Shown: piece after piece, positions 62,414 through 64,000 of the stretch | Numbering within the stretch: the first letter of the stretch is position 1 | Layout: each line of letters opens with the position of its first letter | From: Antedon mediterranea | Taxonomy: Eukaryota; Animalia; Echinodermata | Assembly: GCF_964355755.1 (NCBI RefSeq) | Contig: NC_092676.1 | Coordinates: 2,361,788-2,425,787 of the forward strand | Reading direction: 5' to 3' | DNA length: 64,000 bases | Program-made: the position numbers and the translations under genes | The notes under the pieces: model-generated | What the model was told of the DNA's origin: nothing | The model's database searches: none | Seen by the model: the letters and a program-made list of their open reading frames with translations, nothing else

Positions 62414-63565
62414 TAATGCAACGATTTATTGCCTGTTAGAAGTTGTTTAAAAATGTAAATTCAATTTTACTAAAATACAAATTTTAATATAAACTAGATA
62501 GCTAAGAACTTTATAATTTCTTGTTTATTGTTTCAAAGTTAAAATAATAACTGTACTCACAACTTCAATTGTAATATTATATAACATTTTTAATTGTTTA
62601 TTACAAGATCTTTCTTGTCAGTAACATCACAGATATTGATATAACAATATCCTGTAGTACTTAACTTATTCCTGTTATTCTTATACCACCACATTCACAC
62701 CTAGTTTGACATAATAACTGAGACAACAACTAAAAGAGATTCGCAAGGCATGTCGGCTCTTTTGATCTTCGATTTACCTCTTAGTGAATACATTGTTATG
62801 CAAATTATGTTTTTGCTCGAAAATAGCCCAAGTGGGCGCCATGATATCAACAGTTTGCCATGTAGTGTGTCATTTTGTAATGGTTAACTAAAAACACCAG
62901 TTGAGAGCTTCGCAATTTCAATAAAAGACACTTTGGTGTAATATTAATGAAATTTATTATGATAGAATAACTATTTTTCTGTGTTTCGAAAGTAATTTTT
63001 AATATATGTGATTAAATAATGATTATTTTACTGATTTTATAGTTTTCGCTGAATGCACACTCCTTAAATCGTATCATATTTAGAAAAAAATCTCTATCGT
63101 ATTTATGATATTGTATCACTTTATTAATAGCTAAATATGTAAATTTTGTATTTTATTTTTCATTTGAAAAAGAAATACTCTATGTATTTACTCAATATTT
63201 TTTGTGCAAGTAAAGTAGGCAAACATGTCAGCCTTTTTAGCTACAATCTACGCATTTGGTGGTCAATTTAAAGTCAACCTTGATTTTACGAATCCCATGT
63301 TTTACGTACTTCTTTCAGTCCCGTACCATACGTAAAATAAAGGTTGTACTGTAGTTTTAAGGTGTTTTAAAGAAGACTTGTATCAATGAATGTTTAACAT
63401 ATTGTAAGATGCAGTATTCAAATGTTTATTCTAGCTTTTACTACAACATTTACATGGTTGCCATTTTTAATTTGCGTCAATTTTTGCTTTCTGGCAAAAG
63501 CATTGTTGAAACTAAAACTCTACAGTACTAGGAACTTTAATGTCATCTTGTTATCTTCATAAATG

Positions 63566-64000
63566 TTATGTAGTTGTATGTTTTTGTTTCCTGACACGAG
63601 GATTATTCACATAAACTGTACTAGGTGTGGATGTGTTTTTAACATCAACATGTTTTGTGCCATCCTCTTTGTCATCAATAATTTCTATATAAGGTTCATC
63701 ACAAACAGTTCCCGTAGGCTGTTGTTTCCTGACACAAGGATTATTTACATAAACTGCACTAGGTGCAGATGTGTTTCTTGCACTCAGATCAGGAATAACA
63801 CCACATTTTGTGTCGTCTACATTTTCATCAAAGATTTTAAGATATTGTTTATCATGTGCAGATCCTGTGGGTTGGTCTGTATTATTAGACGTGCTTGCTA
63901 AACTTTTGTCATCTTGTTTTCCATTAATAATTTTAATGTAAGGCTCTTCATATACAGTCTCTTGTTGCCATGCCAACCTACCATCAATAGTACTCATATA
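63566..64000 (-). CDS. 3' end (cytoplasmic tail) of receptor F, paralogue of D; gene continues beyond the window
   Basis: The frame is open to the window edge. The translation aligns closely with the gene D tail (WQQETV.EPYI.IINGKQDDK..TKCGVIPDLS.RNTSAPSAVYVNNPCVRKQQ). The downstream flank 63360-63470 resembles the gene D flank 57243-57349. Confidence 0.8.
   Translation of the reverse strand, partial: YMSTIDGRLAWQQETVYEEPYIKIINGKQDDKSLASTSNNTDQPTGSAHDKQYLKIFDENVDDTKCGVIPDLSARNTSAPSAVYVNNPCVRKQQPTGTVCDEPYIEIIDDKEDGTKHVDVKNTSTPSTVYVNNPRVRKQKHTTT

Noticed and set aside
45599-63901. Short + strand ORFs overlapping the receptor genes (for example 53939-54310, 57786-58124, 63563-63901) as VPS26 exons or separate genes
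   Set aside because: They are antisense shadows of the minus-strand CDSs and repeats, with no VPS26 similarity.

Overview
AT-rich, intron-containing animal genomic DNA (invertebrate; an echinoderm or other deuterostome is plausible from the Ig-domain style and SINE type, but this is inference). The + strand carries four spliced conserved genes: a p90 ribosomal S6 kinase (RSK/RPS6KA; 17 coding exons traced, 10860-25192, first exon not identified), peroxiredoxin-4 (29309-31758), CCDC181 (33407-35771) and the first five exons of retromer subunit VPS26 (37734-44380). I found no VPS26 exon 6 in the remaining ~19.6 kb. That apparent intron holds, on the - strand, a tandem cluster of immunoglobulin-superfamily type-I membrane receptor genes with intronless coding regions: four complete genes (A-D), one Ig-less derivative (E), one gene running off the window edge (F) and relic fragments. 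The paralogues are mosaics of interchangeable modules (5' region/signal peptide, Ig1-3, TM plus tail). Their cytoplasmic tails are built from tandem repeats of tyrosine motifs (EIYEGP, EPYLEI, YVN) that differ in copy number and toggle Tyr to His or Cys. This cluster is the best candidate for an undescribed immune or allorecognition-type receptor system. The non-coding DNA holds a ~135-bp Harbinger-like MITE (about 18 copies, carrying CArG boxes, one expanded into a 1.5-kb minisatellite), TTAA-flanked Kolobok-like MITEs, tRNA-derived SINEs, a TSD-flanked mini-insert with a minimal hammerhead ribozyme, and several tandem repeats.
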